The notes under the pieces: generated by a model
Told to the model about the DNA's origin: nothing
What the model saw: only the letters and a program-made list of their open reading frames with translations
Databases searched by the model: none
Position numbers and translations under genes: made by a program
Assembly (NCBI GenBank): GCA_021776145.1
Contig: JAJFGM010000569.1
Location: 1 to 49,899, forward strand
Length of the DNA stretch: 49,899 nucleotides
Source: Kiloniellaceae bacterium
GTDB lineage: Bacteria; Pseudomonadota; Alphaproteobacteria; Kiloniellales; Kiloniellaceae
Direction: 5' to 3'
Part shown: positions 25,865 to 34,336 of the stretch, one piece after another
How the letters are laid out: the number at the start of each line of letters is the position of its first letter
Numbering within the stretch: position 1 is the stretch's first letter

Positions 25865-27465
25865 TGGGCGTTTCCGCGGTCCGCAAATGGGTCGGCGACC
25901 TGGTCGCCGGCCGGCCGGCCAAGCGTGCCGGTGATTCGGCTTACGCCGCCGCCGGCCTGAACTCCGACGCGACGGTCAACTGGCACCCCAGCTTGGGCTC
26001 GGCCGATGCGGACCTGCTGCCGGAGCGCGATCTGACGGTGGCGCGCATGCGCGACGTCTCGCGCAACAACGGCTGGGTCGCCGGGGTGGCGCAGTCGCAG
26101 ATCGACGGCACCATCGGGCGCGGCCTGCGCCTGGTGGCGACGCCGGACTGGCGCAGCCTGGGTCAGACCCGCGAGTGGGGGCAGACCGTTGGCCGCGAGA
26201 TCGAGCGGCGCTGGCGCCTCTACACCGAGGATCCCGGCTTCTGGATCGACGCGGCGCGGCGCCGCAACTTGGCCGGCCTGCTGACCACGGCGCACTGGTC
26301 GTGGTTCCACACCGGCGAGATCCTAGCCCTGGCGCGCTGGGGCGCGGCGCGGCCGAGCCCCTGGAGGACCTATTTCCAGATGGTCGACAGCGACCGCCTG
26401 TCGAACGCGCAAGGCGCGCCCGACAGCGACCGCCTGCGCGGCGGCGTCGAGCTGGGGCCGGAGGGCGAGCCCCTGGCCTATCACATCAGAAAGGCCCATC
26501 CCGGCGAGATCTTCACCGCCGGCGCCCGGGTCTGGGAGTGGGAGCGGGTGCCGCGCGATACGCCGCACGGCCGCCGCATGGTGATCCACGCCTTCAAGGA
26601 CGACCGCCCCGAACAGTCGCGCGGCAAGCCGCCGATCACCAGCATTATCGAGGACACGCGCCTGCTCGACCGCTTCGAGAAGAACACCGCCGCCGCGGCC
26701 GTGACCCAGGCGCTCTATGCCGCCGCCTTCGAATCGCCCCTCGACCCGGCGCTCGCCGCCGACGTGCTGGGCGGGGCCGGGGACGTGACCGCCTATCAGG
26801 AGGCGCGCAGCGAGTTCCACGCAAAGCGGGACATTCGCCTGAACGGCGTCAAGATCCCGCACCTCTTCCCCGGCGAGCAGCTGAAACTGACCTCGCCCGG
26901 CCAGCCGGGCCAGACCTTCGAGGCCTTCGAGGCGACCTTCCTGCGGCGAATCGCCGCCTGCTCGGGCCAGTCCTACGAGCAGGTCTCCAAGGACTACTCG
27001 AAGACCAATTACAGCTCGGCCCGCGCGGCCATGCTGGAGACCTGGAAGTTCTACAACGGCCACGGCTCCTGGATGGAGGTCAACTTCGCCAACCAGATCT
27101 ATGCGCTGTGGCTGGAAGAGGAACTGGACGCTGGCGCGATCGACGTCGGTTCGGCGCCGGATTTCGACGAGGCCAAGGCCGCCTGGTGCCGCTGCCGCTG
27201 GATTGGCCCCGGCAAGGGCTACATCGACCCGGTCAAGGAGGCCCAGGCCGCCAAGCTGCGCATGGACAATGGAGTCTCGACCCTGGAGCGAGAGTGCGCC
27301 GAGCAGGGCCTGGACTGGGAGGAGGTGCAGGAGCAGCGCGCCCGCGAGCGCGAGTTCCTGGCAGGCCTCGAACTGCCATGGCCCGACGCCGCCCAGGTGG
27401 TCGAGGTCCAGTCCGACGACATCGATTCCCGCCCCGGCGACACGCCGCAACAGCAAGGCGCCTGA
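25864..27465 (+). CDS. Portal protein (lambda gpB family)
   Basis: 533 aa from the ATG that overlaps the gpW stop (TGATG). Size, order and sequence character are typical of lambda-type portals. Confidence 0.9.
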   Translation: MGVSAVRKWVGDLVAGRPAKRAGDSAYAAAGLNSDATVNWHPSLGSADADLLPERDLTVARMRDVSRNNGWVAGVAQSQIDGTIGRGLRLVATPDWRSLGQTREWGQTVGREIERRWRLYTEDPGFWIDAARRRNLAGLLTTAHWSWFHTGEILALARWGAARPSPWRTYFQMVDSDRLSNAQGAPDSDRLRGGVELGPEGEPLAYHIRKAHPGEIFTAGARVWEWERVPRDTPHGRRMVIHAFKDDRPEQSRGKPPITSIIEDTRLLDRFEKNTAAAAVTQALYAAAFESPLDPALAADVLGGAGDVTAYQEARSEFHAKRDIRLNGVKIPHLFPGEQLKLTSPGQPGQTFEAFEATFLRRIAACSGQSYEQVSKDYSKTNYSSARAAMLETWKFYNGHGSWMEVNFANQIYALWLEEELDAGAIDVGSAPDFDEAKAAWCRCRWIGPGKGYIDPVKEAQAAKLRMDNGVSTLERECAEQGLDWEEVQEQRAREREFLAGLELPWPDAAQVVEVQSDDIDSRPGDTPQQQGA

Positions 27466-27466
27466 C

Positions 27467-28396
27467 ATGCAGCACGCCCAAATTGCCGCTCGTATCCTCA
27501 ACCGCCCGCTGCTGGTCGATGCTAGACGCGCCGAGGTCATGCTTTCGGTGCTCGGCCCGCGCATCGGGGTGACCAGTTACCTGCGCGCCGACGGCACGGC
27601 CGTGCCGCTGCTGTCGGCGGACCGGCTGGATCAGGAAGCGACCATCGCCGAGCGCCGCCTGGCCGAGCGCAGCTACCGCGAGCCCTACCTGCTCGATACC
27701 TCGACCGGCATCGCCTGGATCCCGGTCGAGGGCACCCTGGCGCACCGTCAGGGTACGCTGCATGCGGCGTCGGGCGTGACCGGCTATGACGGCCTCGCGG
27801 CGCGCTTCGAGGCGGCGATCGAGGATCCGTTGGTCAAGGGCGTTCTGCTCGACTTCCACTCCGGCGGCGGCGAGGTCTCCGGCTGTTTCGACCTCGCCGA
27901 CCGCATCTTTCAGGCGCGCGAGGTCAAGCCGGTCTGGGCGCTCGCCAACGAACTTGCGGCCTCGGCGGCCTAGGCCCTGGCCAGCGCCGCCGAGCTGATC
28001 TTCCTGCCGCGCACCGGCGAGGTCGGCTCGATCGGGGTGGTCGCCCTGCACTGGGACTATTCGGGCGCGCTCGAGGCGGCCGGTATCGTCCCGACCTTCA
28101 TTCACGCCGGCGCCCACAAGGTCGACGGCCATCCTTTCGCGCCGCTTGCCGACGACGTCAAGGCCGACATCCAGGCCGAGGTCGAGGCCACGCGCGGACT
28201 CTTCGCCGCGATCGTTGCCCGCAACCGTGGGCTGACGGAAAAGGCCGTGCTCGATACCGAGGCACGGATCTATGCCGGCGAGGCCGCGGTCGATGCGGGC
28301 CTGGCCGACGCCGTCGCCTCGGCGGCCGAGGTCGAGGAGGCCTTTGCCGAACACCTATCGAAACCCCAGGCGCCGGGGTCCAGGCGCGTCGCCTAG
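27467..28396 (+). pseudogene. S49/ClpP-type head maturation protease (lambda gpC-like) interrupted by an in-frame TAG at 27971-27973
   Basis: ORFs 27467..27973 and 28037..28396 are in the same frame. Read-through gives ...WALANELAASAA*ALASAAELIFLPRTGEVGSIGVV...HAGAHKVDG, so the stop replaces the residue after the Ser motif (families have AASAAY). Confidence 0.8.
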
Positions 28397-28422
28397 TTTT
28401 CATCCAAACCAAAGGAGCAGAC

Positions 28423-28938
28423 ATGCCGCGATCAAATGAACTGTTGAGCCGCGTCGGCCTGGCGCGCGCCGAGGACGACGAAGAGGACAAGAAACCCTTC
28501 GCCAAAACCGACGACGAGGAGACGGCCGAGTCCGACGAGGACGAAAAGGCCGAAAACGCCGCCGAGTCCGACGACGAGGAGGATAAGGCCGAATCCGACG
28601 ACGACGAGGAAAAGGCCGAAGACGAGGAGGAGGAAACCTCCGCCTCTAGCCGCGCCGCCGAGCGCCGCCGCATCGCCGGCATTCTGGGCTGCAAGGAGGC
28701 GAAGGGGCGAGAGGCGCAGGCCCGGGCCTTCGCCTTGGAGTCCGACATGTCGGTCAAGGACGCGCGACGCTTCCTGGCCGCCGCGCCGAAGGAGAGCGGC
28801 ACCGGGCTGGCGGGCCGCATGGCCAGCGTCATACAGCCCGACGTCGGCGCCGGTGGCGACGGCGGCGCGGCCAGCGAGGTCGACCAGGCCGCCGCCGGCA
28901 TCCTGAAATTCACGCGGCAGGGCAGCCGCAGGTCCTGA
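28423..28938 (+). CDS. Putative scaffolding protein (highly acidic N-terminal half)
   Basis: 171 aa with D/E/K-rich low complexity (DDEEDKKPF...DDEEDKAESDDDEEKAEDEEEE). Lies between the protease and the decoration/capsid genes. Confidence 0.5.
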   Translation: MPRSNELLSRVGLARAEDDEEDKKPFAKTDDEETAESDEDEKAENAAESDDEEDKAESDDDEEKAEDEEEETSASSRAAERRRIAGILGCKEAKGREAQARAFALESDMSVKDARRFLAAAPKESGTGLAGRMASVIQPDVGAGGDGGAASEVDQAAAGILKFTRQGSRRS

Positions 28939-28957
28939 CTTCAAGGAGGTCATTTCG

Positions 28958-29329
28958 ATGGCAAAAGGATTTACCGACCAGGGCGTCTTCGCCCACGACA
29001 ACCTCTGCGCCGGCGACCTGCCGGTCGAGAGCATCAAGGTCACCATCGCCCTTTCCGCGGCGCTGACCCGCGGTGCGGTGCTCGGCAAGATTACCGCCGA
29101 CGGCAAGTATCTGCTGTCGGCGGCCGGCGCGATCGACGGCTCGGAAGTGCCAGACGCGATCCTCGCCGAGGACGTCGACGCCAGCGCCGCCGACGCCGAA
29201 GCGATGGTCTATCGCGCCGGCGAGTTCAACGAAGCCGCGCTGAGTTTCGGCGTTGCCCATACCGCCGCCACGGTCCGCGAGGGCCTGCGCCAGCGCGGCA
29301 TCTTCCTCAAGAAAATCACGGAGGCCTGA
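28958..29329 (+). CDS. Head decoration protein (lambda gpD-like)
   Basis: 123 aa. DNLCAGDLPVESIKVTI...GAVLGKITADGKYLL...AILAEDVDAS...VYRAGEFNEAAL is the gpD-family pattern. Immediately precedes the capsid gene. Confidence 0.75.
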   Translation: MAKGFTDQGVFAHDNLCAGDLPVESIKVTIALSAALTRGAVLGKITADGKYLLSAAGAIDGSEVPDAILAEDVDASAADAEAMVYRAGEFNEAALSFGVAHTAATVREGLRQRGIFLKKITEA

Positions 29330-29332
29330 GCC

Positions 29333-30397
29333 ATGCCCGTCGGCACTTACGACACCGCTACGCTGAATCGCGTCGTCGAGGACTTGGAGGAGCCGGCTTC
29401 CTTCTTGCTCGACACCTTCTTTCCCTCGGTCCAGACCGAGGCCAACAGCGAGGAAATCCACTTCGACATCGACAAGTCGCGGCCCCGTCTGGCGCCTTTC
29501 GTCTCGCCGCTGGTTGCCGGCCAGATCGTCGCCGATCAGGGTTTCGAGACCCAGTCGTTCAAGCCCGCCTACGTCAAGGACAAACGGGTGCTGAAGCCAA
29601 ATGCGCCGTTGAAGCGCGCCATCGGCGAAAAGCTCACCGGCGAACTGACGCCGATGCAGCGGCGTCTGCTGCAACTCGGTCGCTCGATGGAGGACCAGCG
29701 GGTCATGCTCAACCGCCGCGAGGAGGTCATGGCCTCCGAGGCCCTGCGCCTATCGCGGGTGACGGTCAGCGGCGAGAAATACCCGACTGTTGTCGTCGAC
29801 TTCAAGCGCGATGCGGCGCTGGCGATCGCGCTCTTGGGGGCCGCGCAGTGGGGCGAGGCCGGGGTTAGTCCGCTCGACAACCTGGAGACCTGGGCGGCCT
29901 TGGTGCAGACGAAGTCGGGAACGGCGCCGCGCACGGTGGTCTTCGACCCCGAGGCCTGGAAGATCTTCCGCAAGGATCCCGAGGTCAAGGAGCTGCTCGA
30001 CATCCGCCGCGGCTCGGCGGCGTCGGTCGAGCTGGGCCCGCAGTCGCGCGGCCAGGGCAACGAAAAGGCCCGCTTCGTGGGCACCATCGGCGATTTCGAC
30101 TTCTGGGTCTACCAGGACATCTACATCGACGACGCCGGGGCCGAGACCCAGATGCTGCCTGACCACACCGTGCTGCTCGGCTCGAAGCCCGACGCCGACG
30201 GCCGCGGTGGCGTCGAGGGCGTGCGCGCCTACGGCACCATCCAGGACGAAGAGGCCGGCTATATGGCGCCGCGCTTCTTCACCAAGTCTTGGTTGGAGAA
30301 GGATCCGGCGGTGCGCTGGCTGTTGATGCAGTCGGCCCCGCTGATCGTGCCCTATCGACCCAACGCGGTTCTGGCCGCCACGGTCCGCTCGGCTTAA
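29333..30397 (+). CDS. Major capsid protein (lambda gpE family)
   Basis: 354 aa. N-terminus YDTATLNRVVEDLEEPASFLLDTFFP is typical of the gpE family. Confidence 0.9.
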   Translation: MPVGTYDTATLNRVVEDLEEPASFLLDTFFPSVQTEANSEEIHFDIDKSRPRLAPFVSPLVAGQIVADQGFETQSFKPAYVKDKRVLKPNAPLKRAIGEKLTGELTPMQRRLLQLGRSMEDQRVMLNRREEVMASEALRLSRVTVSGEKYPTVVVDFKRDAALAIALLGAAQWGEAGVSPLDNLETWAALVQTKSGTAPRTVVFDPEAWKIFRKDPEVKELLDIRRGSAASVELGPQSRGQGNEKARFVGTIGDFDFWVYQDIYIDDAGAETQMLPDHTVLLGSKPDADGRGGVEGVRAYGTIQDEEAGYMAPRFFTKSWLEKDPAVRWLLMQSAPLIVPYRPNAVLAATVRSA

Positions 30398-30439
30398 GCC
30401 GCCTAAATAGCGACCCGCGAACGCCGTTCGCACAGTCCG

Positions 30440-30496
30440 AAAACGCCGGCCCCGTCGCCGCTCTTCGAGCTTCGGCGCGGCTGGCGTTTTCCTTTC
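30440..30496 (+). terminator. Hairpin plus T-tract downstream of the capsid gene
   Basis: 12-bp stem aaaacgccggcc(30440-30451)/ggctggcgtttt(30479-30490) with a nested cgccg/cggcg stem, followed by cctttc. Preceded by the palindrome gcgaacgccgttcgc (30417-30431). Confidence 0.45.
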
Positions 30497-30506
30497 GGAG
30501 GATCCC

Positions 30507-30896
30507 ATGAAAGTCGTTTCCGATACCCACACCCTGGTCACCCGGGACAAGAACAAAGACACCGACCACGCGCCCGGTGTAGAGGTCGACCTGCCCAAGG
30601 CCGCCGCCGAGGCCGTGGTCGCCCGCGGCCTCGCCCGCAGGCCCGGCAAGTCCCCTAAGCCCAGCGCTCCGACCAAACCCACGGGCGCGGCCCTCGACGC
30701 CGCCATCGCCGCGGTCATCCTCGACCTCGACCCGCAAGAGGACGTCAACCGCGACGGCACCCCCAGCGTCCCGGCCCTGGAGAAGCACCTGGGTTACGAC
30801 ATCACCGCCGCCGAGCGCGACGCCGCCTGGGACGCCTTCGTCGCCGCCAAGGAGGCGGAGTCCAAGTCCACCGCCGGTAAGCCCGCCGAGACCTGA
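30507..30896 (+). CDS. Hypothetical phage protein
   Basis: 129-aa ORF with a GGAGG RBS. No secure family. Confidence 0.5.
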   Translation: MKVVSDTHTLVTRDKNKDTDHAPGVEVDLPKAAAEAVVARGLARRPGKSPKPSAPTKPTGAALDAAIAAVILDLDPQEDVNRDGTPSVPALEKHLGYDITAAERDAAWDAFVAAKEAESKSTAGKPAET

Positions 30897-30899
30897 CCC

Positions 30900-31553
30900 G
30901 TGGCGCATTCGGCCGAAGACTACCTGCTGTCCCTGCAGCAGCTCATCCCCGAGGGACAGGCCTGGCCGCGCGAGACCGATGCCGTCCTGACCCGCCTGCT
31001 CGCCGGCATGGCCGAAGAGCCGGCGCGAGTCGAGGCGCGCTCCGAGGCCCTGGTCGAGGAGGCGGACCCGCGCGAGACGGTGGAGCTGCTGCCGGACTGG
31101 GAGCGTGTGGCCGGTCTGCCGGACGAATGCACCGCCGCCGCCGAGACGATCGGGCAGCGCCAGCAGGCCCTGGTGGCGCGCCTCACCGCGCGCGGCGGGC
31201 AGTCGCCGCGGTACTTCATCGACCTCGCCGCGGCGCTCGGCTTCGAGATCGAGATCGTCGAGCGCCGGCCCTTTCGAAGCGGATTCAGCCATTCCGGCGA
31301 TCCGCTCGGCGGTGACGGCTGGATGTTCGTCTGGGAGGTGCACCTCGCCGAGATCACCCAGCGCTTTTTTCTCTCCGGCCAGGGCCACGCCGGCGAGCCA
31401 CTCTCGACCTGGGGCAACGCAATTTTGGAGTGCCTCTTCGAGAAGCTGAAGCCGGCGCACACCATCCTGCGTTTCGTGCAGATCGGCCGTTTCGGGCGGC
31501 TTGTCTTCAACGACGTGGGCCACTCGCATCACATCGCCACGATTGGAGCCTAG
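30900..31553 (+). CDS. Baseplate/tail protein, Mu gp48 / YmfQ-like (DUF2313), GTG start
   Basis: DYLLSLQQLIPEGQAWPRE...LLAGMAEE...EADPRETVELLPDWERVAGLP...RQQALVARLTARGGQSPRYFIDLAAALGFEIEIVE is the DUF2313 signature. Confidence 0.85.
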   Translation: MAHSAEDYLLSLQQLIPEGQAWPRETDAVLTRLLAGMAEEPARVEARSEALVEEADPRETVELLPDWERVAGLPDECTAAAETIGQRQQALVARLTARGGQSPRYFIDLAAALGFEIEIVERRPFRSGFSHSGDPLGGDGWMFVWEVHLAEITQRFFLSGQGHAGEPLSTWGNAILECLFEKLKPAHTILRFVQIGRFGRLVFNDVGHSHHIATIGA

Positions 31554-31556
31554 CCG

Positions 31557-31991
31557 ATGGCAGACACGACACTTTCGGTAATCGACGCCGTCGGCGCGAC
31601 AAGATTGATTAAGGCTTTCGACGACGGGTCCGGCGAGCTGATCCTGAAGCGAATGCAGGTCCGCAACCCGGACCTGGCCGCATTGGTCAAGCACGCGGTG
31701 ATCTCTTTCATCACCGCCGGCGATAACCCGGTGGTCGCCTTGGTGGCGGGCAAGCGCATCAAGGTGCTGGGCTACGTCCTGATCGGCGAAGGCGCGGTCA
31801 GGGTCACTTTCAAGAGCAACGCCACCGCCTTGAGCGGCGCCATGAACTTGGCCGCCGACGGCAACGGCATCGCGGCGGCCATGGCCGATTTCGACCGGCC
31901 ATGGCTCACGACAGCCGTGGGCGAGGCGCTGAACCTGCACCTTGATGCCGGCGTGCAGGTCTCCGGCCACCTGACCTACTTCGAGGATTGA
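31557..31991 (+). CDS. Hypothetical beta-rich phage protein
   Basis: 144-aa ORF, tightly packed between the gp48-like and fibre-like genes. Confidence 0.5.
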   Translation: MADTTLSVIDAVGATRLIKAFDDGSGELILKRMQVRNPDLAALVKHAVISFITAGDNPVVALVAGKRIKVLGYVLIGEGAVRVTFKSNATALSGAMNLAADGNGIAAAMADFDRPWLTTAVGEALNLHLDAGVQVSGHLTYFED

Positions 31992-31995
31992 GCCC

Positions 31996-32940
31996 ATGGA
32001 TTTCGATAGAGACGCTTCGGTAAAGCTGAAAAACGGTCAGTTCACTGACGGCAACCCTGCGACCGCCGAGCCGGCTTCGTTGGTTACGGCGAAGATTCTC
32101 AACGCCATCGGCAACGAGATAATCAATGTTCAAGCCGTCGCGAACCTCGTCGCGAACATTGCCAACCACACGCAGCTCAACGAAGCCATTGACTGGAAGA
32201 TCGCCAATCAAGCCGTCGCGCCCGGCTCGGTGAGGGGCTACGATATGGCGAACGCCGTTGACGATCCGGACCACGATCTCGACATCGATGCCGGCTCGAT
32301 CACCAGCGCGGACGGTACGACGCGCCTGGTGCTGGCCGCGCCGTTGCGCAAGCGCCTCGATGCCGCATGGGCCAAAGGCGACACGAACGGCGGCCTCTTC
32401 GCCGGCGCCATCGCGGCGACCACCACCTACCACGTCTTCGCCATCCGCGAGGACGCGACCGGCGATATCGACGCCGGTTTCGACACCGATATCGACGCCG
32501 CCAATCGGCCGGCCGGCTGGACGCAATACGCCCGGCTTGGCGCGCGGCTCACGGACGCGACATCGCTGCTGCCAGAGTGTCATCAATTTGGCGACTACGT
32601 CTTTTACGACGACGACGTCCTTGACGTTTCGCTCGGCGCTCAAATAGCCGGCGCGGTCAATCAGGTGACGGTGTCGGTTCCGACCGGCGTCCGCGTTCTC
32701 GGTATTTTTGGGATGGTCATAACCGGCACCTCGCCGTCCGGCGCCGATGCGCGGCTGATGATCCCAGGGTCGCTGTCCGGCGGCTTCGAGGTGGGCGTCC
32801 AGAACGCACAAAACCTTGGCGGCATTCGCATCGGCGCCATGGTGCTGACCGATACCGCCGGGCGGGTCGACATCAAGAACACCAACGCCATCGACTCATT
32901 GGCGCTCAACACCATCGGCTGGCTCGACAGGAGGGGCTGA
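31996..32940 (+). CDS. Putative tail fibre / receptor-binding protein
   Basis: 314 aa. The N-terminus (KNGQFTDGNPATAEPASLVTAKILNAIGNEIINV) resembles conserved tail-fibre N-termini. Position follows the gp48-like gene. Confidence 0.5.
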   Translation: MDFDRDASVKLKNGQFTDGNPATAEPASLVTAKILNAIGNEIINVQAVANLVANIANHTQLNEAIDWKIANQAVAPGSVRGYDMANAVDDPDHDLDIDAGSITSADGTTRLVLAAPLRKRLDAAWAKGDTNGGLFAGAIAATTTYHVFAIREDATGDIDAGFDTDIDAANRPAGWTQYARLGARLTDATSLLPECHQFGDYVFYDDDVLDVSLGAQIAGAVNQVTVSVPTGVRVLGIFGMVITGTSPSGADARLMIPGSLSGGFEVGVQNAQNLGGIRIGAMVLTDTAGRVDIKNTNAIDSLALNTIGWLDRRG

Positions 32941-32942
32941 CA

Positions 32943-33476
32943 ATGCCTTACGTAAAACGCGACATCGCCGGAACCATCGTCGGCGTCTTCCAGCAACCGC
33001 AGCGCGACGCCGCCGAGAAACTGGCGACCAATGCCCGGGACCTGGCGCGCTGGAACCGCTGGCGCGACCGCAGCCTGGCACAGGTACAGGCGGCGGCAAG
33101 TGTCGAGATCGCGCGCCAAGCCGAAGCGTTGCGGGCGTCGATCACGCGGGTCGGCCCGGTCAAGGCCAGGGTCCAGGACTCGCGCCTGCGCGAGGCCGAG
33201 CGCGCGCTGGCCAACCACGACGCCACGAACCCGCCGGCCGTTGGGCAATATCTCTTGCTGGAGTCCTACGTGCCCAAGCGCGGCGCCGATCCCTTGGCCG
33301 TCGCGGCTTGGGTGACACAGACGGCCGCCGCCTGGATACAGGCCGCCAGCCAGATCGAAATCGCCGAAGAAGCGGCGCTCGATGCCGTCGTCGCAGCCGC
33401 CGACATCGCGGCCGTCGAGGCCGTTTTAGACGGTCTCAACTGGCCGGATCTTTCGGCGCTTCGCGGAGGCGCTTGA
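32943..33476 (+). CDS. Hypothetical protein (fibre-associated position)
   Basis: 177-aa Ala-rich helical ORF. Confidence 0.45.
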   Translation: MPYVKRDIAGTIVGVFQQPQRDAAEKLATNARDLARWNRWRDRSLAQVQAAASVEIARQAEALRASITRVGPVKARVQDSRLREAERALANHDATNPPAVGQYLLLESYVPKRGADPLAVAAWVTQTAAAWIQAASQIEIAEEAALDAVVAAADIAAVEAVLDGLNWPDLSALRGGA

Positions 33477-34336
33477 TGCTGCTGAAGGGTGCCGGTGCCT
33501 TCGTCGTCATCTTCGGCGATCTGTTCTTCGACCTTAGCGGCCCGGCCTTGCCGGCCGGCGTCACGCTGACCCGCGCCAGCACCGCCACGCATTGGAACGC
33601 TGCCCAGGACCTGGTCTCGGCCGCCATCGACGCACCGCGCTTCGATCATGACCCTGCCACCGGCGCGCTCCTCGGCCTGCGTAAAGAAACCTGGCTCGCC
33701 GTCAACAAGTGCACGGGCAACAATGCGACCGGCTTGCTCGCCAGCCAGGTCAGCGGTAGCGCCACTGTGACAGTCGTCGACGACAGCGTCGCATTGGCCG
33801 CCGAAGGCTACGACGTCGTGTCGGATGGCAACGTTTACGACGTCGACAATACGGGCGGCGGCGCCTGGAACGCAAATTTCGACGGCACGGTCGGCAACAC
33901 CAACGGCCACTCCTGCGGCCTTGTGATCCGCGCCGTTGGCGGCGCCGCCGGTGGAGTCAATGACCGCATCGGACTTGGTGGCGATATATCCTCGACCTCG
34001 GCACCGGTGAGCAACGCCTCGGCCTATCACCTGGTCACGCTTGAGGGCGTAACGCCCTCCGTCGGAACCCTGCCACTGCGCCTCCAGGTCGACGCCGGAT
34101 CTCACGTTCGGTTTCTCCTGCAGGGGCTTGTCGAGCACGCATCGCTGGGCAGCCTCATTCCCGGCGCCGGGGCCACGCGGCAGCCGGATGTCCTGCATTT
34201 CGACGTGCCAGACGGCACCTACGCAACAGTGACGATCGCCGCCGCCGGTGGCCCCTATGTCGCCAACGACCTGGTCGTATCCGGCGGCGCTGGCTATACG
34301 CTCGATCCGGCGGACTTCCCGGGCATGCCGGCATGA
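33476..34336 (+). CDS. Hypothetical tail-associated protein
   Basis: 286 aa from the ATG that overlaps the preceding stop (TGATG). Gly/Ala/Val-rich and beta-like. Confidence 0.5.
   Translation: MLLKGAGAFVVIFGDLFFDLSGPALPAGVTLTRASTATHWNAAQDLVSAAIDAPRFDHDPATGALLGLRKETWLAVNKCTGNNATGLLASQVSGSATVTVVDDSVALAAEGYDVVSDGNVYDVDNTGGGAWNANFDGTVGNTNGHSCGLVIRAVGGAAGGVNDRIGLGGDISSTSAPVSNASAYHLVTLEGVTPSVGTLPLRLQVDAGSHVRFLLQGLVEHASLGSLIPGAGATRQPDVLHFDVPDGTYATVTIAAAGGPYVANDLVVSGGAGYTLDPADFPGMPA

Noticed and set aside
28423-28938. Acidic D/E/K low-complexity region of the scaffold-like gene as an unusual repeat element.
   Set aside because: Highly charged low-complexity segments are common in scaffolding proteins, and no exact DNA repeat structure was seen.
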